From Octopus vulgaris (taxonomy: Eukaryota): DNA of 64,000 bases. The stretch spans positions 63,612,001 to 63,676,000 of the forward strand of contig OX597828.1 in the NCBI GenBank assembly GCA_951406725.2, written 5' to 3'. Below the pieces are notes generated by a model. The model saw only the letters and a program-made list of their open reading frames with translations, searched no databases and had not been told where the DNA came from. The translations under genes were made by a program, and so were the position numbers. Below are positions 42,097 to 55,697 of this stretch, piece after piece (positions within the stretch are counted from its first letter, which is position 1; every line of letters starts with the position of its first letter).

Positions 42097-42942
42097 ACAC
42101 ACACACATACATATATATATATTTATGTACGCATCTCTCTCTCTCTCTCTCTCTCTGTGATATACATACACACATACATAAACACACACTGGAGCACTAG
42201 AGTTTTAACGGTGATATGCTTCTGTGAACGTCAATGTCAGGATTTCTGAAAACTGTAATTCAACTTTTATCGAGTCTTTTGGTATTAATGCAAAACAATA
42301 AAAGAAATTTTAATCTTTGATATAAAAATATTTATTGGCTCATAATAAAATTAAATCACACAAATCCCTCGTTTGTATAACTCCTCCAATATCTACTCTG
42401 CCTTCTTCTTCTTCTTCTTCTTCTTCTTCTTGTCCTCTCTTTCTATACTTCTTTCTCCCTAACTGCGCGCGCGCGCGTATAGCGTTCCTTTACTCATTGC
42501 CTGCAAACAAACCCCCCATGTGCAATCTCCCTGCATCTCTCTCATGTCATTTACCCGAGGACGTAGCTTAACTTCTGCATTAGTCTGAAGAATTTTTTTC
42601 ATTTTGCATTAATGCAGGCATGTAAGTAATTTATTTATCATCAAATAATAACAATATAAATTATTTAGATGTTTTCTAAGTTATGAAACAATTTATTGCA
42701 AAATTAAAATTTTCTTATTGTTAAGTAAAAATCCTTCCAACTATTTCCCTCGTCATTCCTCACTTTCTACACTCCTTGTCGTTTTCTCTTGCGTCGTACC
42801 TTTTTATTCTGTGTTTTGTAGAATGATGATACATTAAGGAGGCTTTTTTTATGAGGAACACCGGATTACTTGAATCCATACGTTGTGAATTATATTTATG
42901 CATGTGTAGACAGATAGAGATATAAATATTAACATATACATT

Positions 42943-42974
<32 letters not shown>

Positions 42975-42976
<2 letters not shown>

Positions 42977-43440
42977 AATTAATAAATAAAATATATGCAT
43001 ACATACATACATATATGTACGTACCTACATCTACATGTATATATTCATGCATATATAAATATATATATATATATATATGTGAGTACAGGACACCACAAAT
43101 AGACGTAGAACTCAACGAGAAACGAAAACCTAAAAACAAACATGGAAACGGACTTTTTTTAACAACAAAAAAACAGTACAAGACAAACAATACAAGGAAA
43201 ATTTCCCTTCATCAGCTGTCCCTAGTTCGACTCCATGCGTGTTTCGAAGGTAAGGACAGAACACGACCCGTCGATTCAATCCTTCCTGCAAAAGAATTAA
43301 ATAAAATTCCTTTGCAGAGGGGTAAAAACAAGGAAAGAAAAAAATGTGACAAGAACAGGGCGTAAAAGCAATACAAATTAAATGCAATTACAAATAAAAA
43401 TACAAATACAAAATACAAATACAAAAAAATACAGTACACA
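42975..43440 (-). mobile_element. Non-autonomous repeat carrying the permuted HHR (copy C)
   Basis: Shares ttttacccctctgc...gcaggaagg, ttttcgtttctc and gtgtcctgtactca with 630-1025. Confidence 0.8.
43204..43265 (-). ncRNA. Candidate non-circularly permuted hammerhead, copy C
   Basis: Minus strand: CGTGT-T-CTGTCCTTA-CCTTC-GAA-ACACG-catggagtcgaac-TAGGGACAG-CTGATGA-AGGG. Stems I and III differ in sequence from copy A but still pair. Confidence 0.7.
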
Positions 43441-43935
43441 TAAAGAATAAAAACAGGATATATATATATCCAGTATCTCACAGAGCAATGTACACTCCTA
43501 AAAAATTTCAGTAAAATTGTCATTACACTGATAGTATCGAAGGAAATCAAAGTGGGAGGTAGTAATCCGGCTATTGGTCCATGAGAGACTGCTTTGATGA
43601 TCAATGTTACTATAATCTCAGAGCTTTCTACTAACATATCCGTGCATAGTCTTCTGCTCATATTGACTCATCCTTTCATCTGATGATACGTTGCCGTAGA
43701 ATCGTGGGACTTCTTTGGGCATGTATTCCAGGTTATCAGACAAAGAGTGTTGCCCAAGGAGCTGCCTTCTAAGTCCCATGATGTTATCAGCCCAATGTAT
43801 GCAAACTTGGTCAAGGGATGCACTTCGAAATTTGGTGGATTAAAGATGTTGCCGAAGAGATATGATACGACATTCAAAAGCAATTTGGATCAATATTCAG
43901 CTTCTTCCGCCTTGTTTTCGTTTTAGGTAGATGCA

Positions 43936-43966
<31 letters not shown>

Positions 43967-45014
43967 TGTATGTATGTATGTATGTATGTATGTATGTATG
44001 TATGTATGTATGTATGTATGAGTGTATGTATACTCTGAACAGCTGATTGGCTGGTTGGTTTCAGAATAATTTGCTTAATGCATATGTATCGTAATGAAAT
44101 TTCCCAAAGAATCATTTTTGGACGGTGCATATTACAATTCTGTAAAAAAAAAATTGAAGGGGACAAAATCGTGTTGGGTGGGGCACATCATTGCCTGTCA
44201 TGGTGGGCTTTGCTAAATGCATATTTATAATGAAATTTTTCATACACACATCCTCACACTCATACACATACAAGTGTGCATGTACAGATATACACTATAT
44301 ATATATATATATCATACACGTGTGTGTGTGTGTGTGTGTGTGTGTATTTATATAGATAGATAGATAGATAGATAAATAGGTAGATAAATAAATAGACAGA
44401 TAGATAGATAGTTAGAGGGATGGATCTCTGGATAGATACATATAGGGATGGCTGGCTGGCTGGATAGAGGGATAGATAAATAGATGGATAGATAGATGTG
44501 TGCGTATGTATGACATAGAGTAGGTGCTGAGCGCCCGGAGGCCGGTGTCTCCCTCACTATTATTCCTGACTCGATTCAATTATGGACGATATTGAACATT
44601 ATAATAAATAATGTGAGCTGAGACCGAAACAGCAAGCGGTGGGAATGAAGTCGCTTGCGATGGCTAACACACAGCTATAATGATTATTGTCAGATATGTG
44701 TGTGTGTGCGTGCGTGTATTATATATATAGATATATACACATATATTCTATTAGTTTATTCTTTTATTTGTTTAGTATATATGTATATATGTATGAATGT
44801 ATGTATACACATGTACATCTACGTATAAATATGAATATGCAGATATATATATATATGTGGGAGTGTGCATGTATGTATACATGTATAGCTATATATATAT
44901 AAATGCGTGTATATAGATACACATATATGTGTCTATACAAATAAATGCATGTCTACCTATACATTCATACAACATACATATACACATATAGATATACATA
45001 CATATTTATATATA

Positions 45015-45055
<41 letters not shown>

Positions 45056-45623
45056 AGTGAGTGGATATATATATATATATATATACATACTATATAGATT
45101 TACTTTTATATACAAATGTATGCATATATTACCACAAGCACACGCATACATCCCTCCCATACACACACAACATACAACACACACAATACATAACAGACAT
45201 ACAAAGAAACAGAATGGACCTCGACAACAACGTCAATAACAATAATAAAATATAACATCTCCGAGAATGCTTCACTGGATACACACACACACACCTTCAC
45301 ACACACTCACACACTCATACATACATACATGTGTGTGTGCGTGCGTGTGTGTATATATATGATGTGTGTATATATAATTTTCTCATTGACTCCGGAAGCA
45401 ATAAATATTGCCTTGTTTTCGTTTTTCTTTTTTTCGTCTTGTGAACTAATAATCTTTATTGAGACGTATGGTTGATAGGTGGCGCAATTGCATGGCGGTG
45501 GCGGTAATGATGATGATGATGATGACGATGCGGGGTGGAGGAGGATGGTGAGTAGGAAGGTGAAAGGGGGAGGGAGAGGAGTGTGGATGATAGTGACGGT
45601 AACAATGACGACGACAACGATTG

Positions 45624-45654
<31 letters not shown>

Positions 45655-46254
45655 GTGAATGTTTATTCGAAAGCATCAACAATTCTCACATCGGTTTTGT
45701 TGTTGTTGGTATTGTTGTTGCTGTTGCTAGCCTTTTTGTTGAAATTGTTGCTGTATAGCCCTCGGCCAGCCCTAATTGAAATAACAGACCAATGAAAAAA
45801 CGAATTCCAACCATGGCTACCCTGTCAGCCATCTGATGTGTCACAGTTCGCCTGTCGCCACTTAGAGTAATGTGTCATTGCTTTAAAGGCAACAAGATGA
45901 TTGGGAATGAATTGGTTGCTCTTTCTAGCACATCAAGTGACTACGTAGAGGCTTCCAACTGCTTTTCCGTTGCTGTTGTTGTTGTTGTTGTTGTTGTTTC
46001 TTTTCCGATTGCATTTGGTGTCCATATTGGCAGAGCAGTTGTTGTTAGTCATCACTACGTCTAATGGAAACCAGAAGAAGCAAGAGAGTCTGGCTGACGA
46101 TGGCGGCGGCGGCGGTGGCGGCGGTGGTGGTGGTGAGAATAGTAGTAGTAGTAGTTGTAGTGGTTGTGATGGTTATGTTTGAGGTGGTGGTAGTGGTTGT
46201 GGCGGTAAGATCTGGCTGACTGAAGATTCTGTTGTGGTGGTCGTGAAGGCATTG

Positions 46255-46548
46255 TTGTTGCTGTTGGTGGCGGCGCTGGTGGCGGCGCAGGTGGCGGCGC
46301 TGGTGGCGGTGCTGGTGGTGGCGCTGGTGGTGGCGGCGCTGGTGGCGGCGCTGGTGGCGGTGCTGGTGGCGGCGCTGGTGGCGGCGCTGGTGGCGGCGCT
46401 GGTGGTGGCGCTGGTGGTGGCGGTGCTGGTGGCGGCGCAGGTGGCGGCGGTGCTGGTGGTGGCGCTGGTGGTGGCGGCGCAGGTGGCGGCGCAGGTGGCG
46501 GCGCTGGTGACGGCGCTGGTGGCGACGCCGGTGGCGACGCTGGTGGCT
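46255..46548. repeat. GC-rich 12/15-bp minisatellite (GGTGGCGGCGCT)n
   Basis: Directly visible tandem array. Confidence 0.85.
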
Positions 46549-47238
46549 GGCTCAACTGATTGATATAAGGTGGCTGTTGTCGTTGTTGCTGTTGTTTAGT
46601 TCTTGACCCCAACTCATCTATAATCTACGACATTCCAACAATGACCATCCAGATGTATATTCCAAACTGTTTTCTAGCGAGTCCTGTTCTTAGTTCAAGA
46701 CAATGTGACTTGAAGGAGAATTAACTGTTACTTCTAGCAGTTCCTGCGACCACTTACAAAGGCTCCCGATTTGGCTGTTGGTGGTGGAGGTGGTAGTGGT
46801 GGCGATGGTTGGAAACCAGCAAAAGATGGTTGCGGCGGCGGCGGCGGTGTGGGGTGGTGTTGTCGGAGAAGCGATCGCTGACTCATCATTTTCCTTGTTA
46901 ACCAACAAGAAGACATCGCATAGATTCGAGGTCTGACTGGGTCGGGAAGGGGGTGGGTGCGTGGCGGCGGTGAAGGTGCTTATCTTGTAGTAGTGGTGCT
47001 GGCAGAGGTGGTGCAGGTGACACTGTTGTTGTAGTGGTTATAGTAGAACACACAGGGGTGATATAGGAGCAGTGGTGGTGGTGGTGGTGGTTACGGGGCT
47101 AATGTTGTAGTGGGGGTAGCGAAAGTGTTGTGGTGACGGTGGAGGTGGTCGTGGTGGAGGTAAGAATATTAACGAAGATATTGTAGTTCTCTGATTAAAT
47201 TTTGGCGCTGATCTTAAGCCATGGATGTGATGATGTAC

Positions 47239-47303
<65 letters not shown>

Positions 47304-48659
47304 CTGACTGCTGTTTCTTACAGATCGAACAACTACGTAGAGTCCCCCCTCTTTTTCCTCAAGTATGATCGTTGTGATGATGTGGTAGTGGTGGTGGTGG
47401 TGGTGAAGATAAGGCAGTAGTAGCAGTAGTAGTAGTGATCGTCGTGGTGATGGTACTAATACTTGCAGTAGTAGTGGCAGTGGTGGTGGTAGTAGTGATG
47501 GTGGTAGTAGTGGTGGTGGTGGAAGTATTGGTGGTGGTAGTGGCCGTGGTGGTAATAGTGGCGGTGGTAGTAGTAGTGGTGGTAATAGTGGCGGTGGTAG
47601 TAGTAGTGGAGGTAGTTGTTGTATTAGTGGTAGCAGTGGTGGTGGTGATGGTGGAAGTAGTGGTGTTAGTAGTAATAGTGGTGGTAGTGGTAGTATTAGT
47701 AGTAGCAGTGGTGGTGGTGATGGTGGTATAACATTTGGGAGTAGTGGTGACAGCAGCAACATTGCGCTTGGGGATGGAAGTGGTGAAGACGGTGGTGTTG
47801 ATAGGTGGTGGTGGTGGGGGGGCGATAGTGTCGGTGGTGTTGATAACAGTACATGATGGTAAATAGTATTGCATGAAGTATAGGCGATGGTTTGTCAACC
47901 ACGGCAGAGATGTGTGGCAGTAGCGGTTGTGGTGGTGGTGGTTGGTATTGCGATGGATATTACGTGAAGTAGGAGCTGAGGTAAAAGGTGAGATAGGGGA
48001 CGAAGTATTCATATAGGAGGAGGCGGAGGCGGAGGAGTGGAGCGGCGTTGTTATGGCGGGCGCAGAATATAAAATGAAGAATAATGTAAATAAAGTTTAA
48101 AAAAAAACCTTTATGACACAACAATTTCCATTCCCCCCTCCATCTTCACCACCTCTCCCGTAAGATACCATAGAAGCGATAAGCTTGATAGTTTTGTAGT
48201 TGTGTGGTGTGTGGGCAAAAATAATAATAATAATAATAAATGTGTAACATGATGTTAGATAGTATCTGACGGGGAGGAAACCAATGAGAGTTAAATCAAT
48301 CGGATGCAGATTAGCAACAATGTTGTTATTTGACAATAGCTGACTGCTTAGTGTCTTACTGCATTTGTATCAAGGCGTATTAGAGAAGGGGAATAGGGGA
48401 GGAGAGCGCACCTTGTGGGATAAAGAGAGGGGCAGGAAAGAGAGGGAGAAGAAGAGGAAGAGAGAAGGTTAGGGAGAGAAGAAGAGGAAGAGAAAATGGA
48501 AATAGGCAAATATGGCAGCATGAGAATGTGTGCGTATGGTGTGTGTGCGTGTGCGTGCGCCGATATGAGCGCGGGCAAGTGTACCTATAGATTTGGAAGC
48601 ATTTCTGAGCTTGTATGCACGTATTCATATTATGCTTGCCTGTCTGTGTATGTACGTGC

Positions 48660-48701
<42 letters not shown>

Positions 48702-48857
48702 TTCATATTTGTATTTATATATATGTATATGTATATTATATATTTGTATATATGTATATGTATATTATATATTTGTATAGGTATATATGTATATGTATAT
48801 GTATATATATGAATATATGTATACTTATATAAGTGTATATATATATATGTGCGTGTG

Positions 48858-48914
<57 letters not shown>

Positions 48915-49147
48915 AATGAGCGTACATCCATAACCTCCCACAAAAAGTATAAGGATTGCAATGCTGATTTGTATGATTGTATGTCCACGTTTGCGTGAGT
49001 GTTTCTATTCGTGGCTACACACATATGAGGTATTTATAATGTATACATACACGCACACCCAAACACACACACACAGAGCCACATACAAACACATACTCAC
49101 TCACATGCACCCATATATAGATCACGTGTGAGTGAGCGCATACATAC

Positions 49148-49223
<76 letters not shown>

Positions 49224-49579
49224 ATATATTTATAGCACGTGTATATTTATGTTTGGGGCGTATATACATGAGGTAATGAGTACAGGATTAAAACTCAACT
49301 TATTGTATTCCTCTTCCCAGCAAATCACCGAGGTCATCAGATAACGGCTTCCTCTCCCTCGCTAAAAGTTGTTGTAGATGAAAAATCCAGATTGCAACGG
49401 CCGAGTAGACGAAGAAAGCATAACAAACATAAGTGGTGTCACCAAAATCTTGGGATTCCTGGAAATTTGAACCATTATCAGAATTATTGCGTGTTTGCAA
49501 GCATCGACACAAACAATGCATCAATCAATCAATTTGGTGGGTAGAATCGATTAGATCGATTGAAATACTAAACGGTTGG

Positions 49580-49670
<91 letters not shown>

Positions 49671-49753
49671 GGCAACCATGCGGATAAAGAAATTAAATGT
49701 AAAAGCTTCGGTTTGATATACTATATCTGTGTGTGTGTGTGTGTATGCATGTA

Positions 49754-49811
<58 letters not shown>

Positions 49812-50977
49812 TGTGTGCGTGTATGTGTGTGTATGTATGTATATGGAAGTATAAGAATATATACGGATACACTCACGCTAACATATATATAAACAAATTA
49901 TGATAATTTATGGCAGAACCGAGAAGTAGCGGCGAGTAATTCTAATTCTATGTAAGGATAAGACTATAAATAGATAAAAATAAGCCACACAAATAACACA
50001 AGCGAACTATGTGTCAAAGAGAATATAAACAAGAAAATAGTACACGGAAAATAGTGCACAAAGAAGAGCACGCGCGTGGAAAGCGTAGAAATCTAAAGCG
50101 GAAAAACAGCAAACAAAAAAGTGTACAATGAAGCTAAATATATAAATGGAAGAGAACCTCACGTCTCAGCGGTTGTACGTGTATCAAGGGGAAGAAGAAT
50201 TTGAGAAAGAAAATGAATTAAGGTTCAGGAGAAGGAAAAAAAAAGGATTCGGTCCCTAAAGTAAAAAAAAAAGAAAAACGTTTGTTCTTATGTCAGGTCT
50301 TAAGTAGAGTATGTGTGTGTGTCTGCATCTGTGTGTACGTGTCTATGTGTGCGTGTATTGTCTCCAGACCTCCGATTCTAAAGCTGTTGAATTGCCAACG
50401 TTTCTTTTATTTTCCTCTCGAGCCGTTAAATTACAGGTGTGCAAATTGAAGATCAACCACACAAATCTCAGTAAAATGAGAGGACATTTAAAGGTCACCA
50501 ATATCATCCTACCCTCACCCTACTCCCTCTCCCCCCATCCCTGTCCTTGCCTTCGTCCCTTCTTCCCTCTCCATCCCTTCATATTTTTCTTCCACCCCCT
50601 CTCTTCTTGTTCTTCTTCTTCCTCCTCCTCCGCTCCTCTCACTCCACCTCTTTCCCTTCCTTCTCTCCCTCTCTCCTAATTGCTGCCTCCTCCTCGCTTC
50701 CTCCTCTACGCCTCTTCTTCTTCACCTCGTCCTCATCTCATTATCTTATTCGAAGCCTTGCCTAGAAATAATACACACCCACACCATTGCCCCAAACCTT
50801 CAAGCCAAATTACTGCTATTTCTTACAACTGCTACGTCACAAAATCACGTGACATAAAATAAACAAAATGGTATCACAAAAATCTGCAAATCATTTGAAA
50901 ATGTTTTCAGCGAAAGTTCGTTCAACTTGGTAAAAATAAATAACCTTTGAAAATAAAGGGAAATTAGTAGTACTAAC

Positions 50978-51014
<37 letters not shown>

Positions 51015-51017
51015 ATG

Positions 51018-51063
<46 letters not shown>

Positions 51064-51491
51064 AATAATGTTAATCCAAACATGAAAAGACAAAGAGAAA
51101 ACACAACAACGCGAGGACGTGGAACAAATATAGTATTATTGGACGCTCAGGAAGGAAGGGAAGAAGGAGGGGAAGAAGGAGTATGTATATATATTATGTA
51201 TGTATATATGTATGTATACATAAATATATAATGTACGTATATATGTATGTATATGTATATAATGTATGTATATATGTATGTATATATATATGCATATGTA
51301 TATATATATGTATAAGTATATATGCAAATATTTATCTATGCATATATGTATATATATATATATATGCATATATTTATGTATATATGTATGTATATATGTC
51401 TGTATATGTATGTATATATATATATATATGTATATATTTATCTATGTATAGATGTGTGTATATATATATATGTATATATATGTGTGTGTAT

Positions 51492-51574
<83 letters not shown>

Positions 51575-51802
51575 GTATGTATGAAAAGGGGCGGGCATTA
51601 AAATAATACAGAATTAATTATGAATAATTATGAGGAGGAGTGACAGGAAAAGACGTAAATTTGTGTAAATGTATTTGAAATGTAATTGAAAATAATTATG
51701 TTTTGACTGTTGTACAAATAAAGTTAGTCTTTAAGTATTTTAAACAGGGAATACTAAAAAGTTAATTAACTATTAATGAGGATGACGATGTGGTATGACA
51801 GC

Positions 51803-51839
<37 letters not shown>

Positions 51840-51848
51840 GGAGTAAAA

Positions 51849-51886
51849 CTGTCCGATGAATGGCAACGGGAAACTCAGAGTAACAG
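51849..51886 (+). ncRNA. Degenerate minimal type I HHR
   Basis: CTGT-CCGATGA-atggcaacgg-GAA-ACTC-A-GAGT-A-ACAG; stem II is poor; part of an ~80-bp insert between (TA)n tracts. Confidence 0.5.
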
Positions 51887-51918
51887 GTTTTGTTGAATTT
51901 TCTGCTGCTGTAAATAAA

Positions 51919-51949
<31 letters not shown>

Positions 51950-51953
<4 letters not shown>

Positions 51954-52678
51954 AATTGAGATAGGGGTTGTAAATGCAACCCTCCATGGGATAACATGTA
52001 TCCAATATACTGCTAGTGAAGTACCCAACAAAGTTAATACATAAATGTTAATTGCGATGCAATTAATTCATTTACTGTATTATATGGGCAAAGGTAAAAT
52101 GTTTTACCACAAATTAATAATACAAAATAAGAAAATGGAGAAATACATCTAAATCAATTAGCAAATACCAGATAATACCCAATCACATAATTTATTAAAC
52201 CACTACATATTAATATAGAACAAAACAGTGTACATGAAGGAGTAATATGGTACAATAAGTACAGTATGTATAAGAGAATATAAAAATATAAATATAAATA
52301 TAAACTACATCTTACAGCTGTTTCGGCCATGCAGATATGAATGTCTCATTTTGCTCATATTAGCCATGTGTGGTAGGTCAATATGTAGTTATAAATGAGA
52401 CACAAAAATATCCCAAGGCCTCTTCAGAGATTATGAAATACAAGCTAAATTAAATATGAATATCAGAGTAGGTACACACATACAAGTGTGGGTACATACC
52501 CATAATATATCATATACACATACATATGAGTGCATATACTGATACTCCTATACATATATATATACATATATATAATAATATAAATCAATATACAAACATA
52601 TGTTCCATATTCAATGTTACAGTTTTTCAACTTAATATTATGATATTACAATGTAGAAAACATACACATATTAATATA
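51950..52678 (-). mobile_element. Second copy of the 10625-11408 element
   Basis: Reverse-complement homology over ~750 bp; flanked by (TA)n. Confidence 0.82.
52309..52431 (-). ncRNA. Type I hammerhead with intact core and long branched stem II
   Basis: ATCT-CTGAAGA-GGCC...(TGTCTCATTT/AAATGAGACA inner helix)...GGCC-GAAAC-AGCT-GTA-AGAT; palindromic stem III ACAGCTGT. Confidence 0.85.
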
Positions 52679-52949
52679 CACATGCATAAATATGTGTGTG
52701 TATATATATGTATATATATATATGTGTATATATATATGTATATATATGTGTATATATATATGTATATATATATATGTTTATATATGTACATATATATGTA
52801 TATATGTGTATATATATAGATATACATGTATATAAATGTATATATATACATATATATGTATATATGTACATATATATGTATATATATATATATATATATA
52901 TGTAGATATATATACATATATATGTATATATATACATATATATGATATA

Positions 52950-53847
52950 AAATAAATATAAGAGAGTGGTCACTATATTGCTCACTCTAGCACCAGTTAA
53001 TCCAAAAGGTTTCAACCACGAAAATACATGTTTCCCATGAAAGCCAGTACGACTGTTAGCTCACACGGACAGGGCAAATAAAAAATAACAAAAATACAGA
53101 TTATTTTGGGACAATTGTTTCGCTATTAATGAATTAAATGTAATATTACTTACAAAAATCCATTTGTAGCTCGTCAGCCAAGACTATCTGGATGAAATCC
53201 ACTCAATCACACGCCAGATTTTACCATAACGATAAATACGCGTGTGGTTCAATTGATTACATCCGACGTTATAATTCAAATGCCCCAACCAACAGCGCGC
53301 CAAACTCTCACGGAAAACAAATACAGCATTTAGAAATAAATGCAGCATAATTATAATTAATTAATAAGGGTGAGAGAATTAGATACTAATTTAATAGTAT
53401 ATTTATTCCACACCAAGTGGCCTAGTGCTACGAGAAACCTGGATTATTTTAATATTTTATAACATATTATAATATTTTTACAAAATAAATATAAGAGAGT
53501 GGTCACTATATTGCTCACTCTAGCACCAGTTAATCCAAAAGGTTTCAACCACGAAAATACATGTTTCCCATGAAAGCCAGTACGACTGTTAGCTCACACG
53601 GACGTCCGTGTGAGCTAACAGTCGTACTGGCTTTCATGGGAAACATGTATTTTCGTGGTTGAAACCTTTTGGATTAACTGGTGCTAGAGTGAGCAATATA
53701 GTGACCACTCTCTTATATTTATTTTGTAAAAATATTAATATGTTATAAAATATTATAATAATCCAGGTTTCTCGTAGCACTAGGCCACTTGGTGTGGAAT
53801 AAATATACTATTAAATTAGTATCTAATTCTCTCACCCTTATTAATTA
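52950..53847 (-). mobile_element. Non-autonomous mini-PLE/retrozyme-like element: 533-bp unit with partial tandem repeat and ~245-bp inverted 5' arm
   Basis: Direct repeat 52950-53069 ~ 53483-53602; palindrome centred on 53603/53604 (~53357-53847); one HHR; TA-rich flanks. Confidence 0.88.
53106..53181 (-). ncRNA. Type I hammerhead ribozyme, canonical core
   Basis: TTGG-CTGACGA-GCTA...TAGC-GAAAC-AATT-GTC-CCAA; palindromic stem III ACAATTGT. Confidence 0.9.
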
Positions 53848-53990
53848 TACATATATATGTATATATGTACATATATATGTATATATATGTATATATATGT
53901 ACATATATATGTATATATATATATATATATGTACATATATATGTATATATATATATATATGTATATGTATATGTATATATATGTATATAG

Positions 53991-54421
53991 ACGTAGGAGT
54001 GGCTGTGTGGTAAGTAGCTTGTTTTACCAACCATATGGCCCAGGGTTCAGTTCCACTGCGTGGCACCTTGGGCAAGTGTCTTTTACTATAGCCTCGGGCC
54101 GACCGAAGCCTTGTGAGTGGATTTGGTAGACGGAAACTGAAAGAAGCCCGTCGTATATAAGTATATATATATATGTGTGTGTGTCAGTGTGTATGTGTGT
54201 GTGTGTTTGTGTGTCTGTGTTTGTTCCCCCAACATCGCTTTACAACCGAAGCTGGTGTGTTTACGTCCGCGTAACTTAGCTGTTCGGCAAAAGAGATCGA
54301 TAGAATAAGTACTAGGCTTCCAAAGAATAAGTCCTGGGGTCGATTTGCTCGACTAAAGGTGGTGCTCCAGCATGGCCACAGTCAAATGACTGAAACAAGT
54401 AAAAAGAGTAAAAAAAGAGAG
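53991..54421 (+). mobile_element. SINE family 1, full length
   Basis: gtaggagtggctgtgtggtaag...aagtaaaaagagtaaaaaaagag. Confidence 0.88.
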
Positions 54422-54428
54422 AAAAGCG

Positions 54429-54472
<44 letters not shown>

Positions 54473-54924
54473 TATCTATCTATCTATCTATCTATCTATC
54501 TCATAAATGCATATGTGCGTGCGTGTGTATGTATGTGTATGCATTCATGTGTGTGTACATATATATGTATCTATGTATAGACACACACACACATATATAT
54601 ATGTATTTATAGGTAGATAGAGGGATAGAGAGATGATACACAGTTAGTGTTAGCATAATAGATTATTTAAAATGTTAACGAGGTGTAAGTAATTATTGTG
54701 ACAGAGAAATGCGAAGATAAATTAATGTTGCTGTATTCGACTTAAGGAGTATTAAGCAGTTGATTAAAAATTACTTTATGGCGAAGAAAAAAAAAAAACA
54801 TATTTGTCATTACTTAAATATTGCTTTTTCTTTCTCGTCGCACATAAGTTGTGACTAAAACAGTTATTCAGTCACTGAGTAATACTTGACGGAAGGCTTC
54901 AACGAATAACACTCATTATCTAAT

Positions 54925-55330
<406 letters not shown>

Positions 55331-55334
55331 ATAT

Positions 55335-55625
55335 ATGCATATATGAGTATAGGACGTCACAAATAGTAAACAACATGATATACGAAAACAAATGAGTTGA
55401 ATCCACAAACATCGAGAGAACGAAATGGAAAACAGGAGAGGTAACATACAGAACGTCCCTTCATCGGTTGTCGGCTGCTTATCTACTCCTCATTTCGAAC
55501 ATTGAACAGACAATATGAGTCTCCGAAGGCAGTTGATCCCATAAATACCAAAATAAAACTTGGGATTTATTGAGAACAAAAACAGGACAGTGGGGACACA
55601 AGGAAACCGAACGAAGACAAACATG
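55335..55625 (-). mobile_element. Diverged copy D of the permuted-HHR element
   Basis: Shares actgtcctgttttt, gagtaga, tttcgtt(t)ctc and gtcct(a/g)tactcatat with the other copies. Confidence 0.6.
55451..55519 (-). ncRNA. Candidate non-circularly permuted hammerhead, copy D (U4C core, stem II register unclear)
   Basis: Minus strand: CTCAT-A-TTGTC-tgttcaatgTTC-GAA-ATGAG-gagtagataagcagcc-GACAA-CCGATGA-AGGG. Confidence 0.6.
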
Positions 55626-55697
55626 GAGAGTAGTTAGACCAGAACGAGCGAAAAATAGCGAAATATTTACTTTGACAAGGGTAAAGATAGAATATAT

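Noticed and set aside
43520-43920. Possible LINE remnants here and at 22680-22930, 35655-35790 and 38950-39340
   Set aside because: Too decayed to assign without a database search.
46061-48012. PPPA/GGGA and poly-Thr/Val ORFs
   Set aside because: Minisatellite and trinucleotide low-complexity DNA; coding cannot be supported.
49321-49545. Possible host exon after a good acceptor (ttcctcttcccag); similar unique patch at 58310-58490 (-)
   Set aside because: One open frame but no recognisable protein similarity or partner exons.
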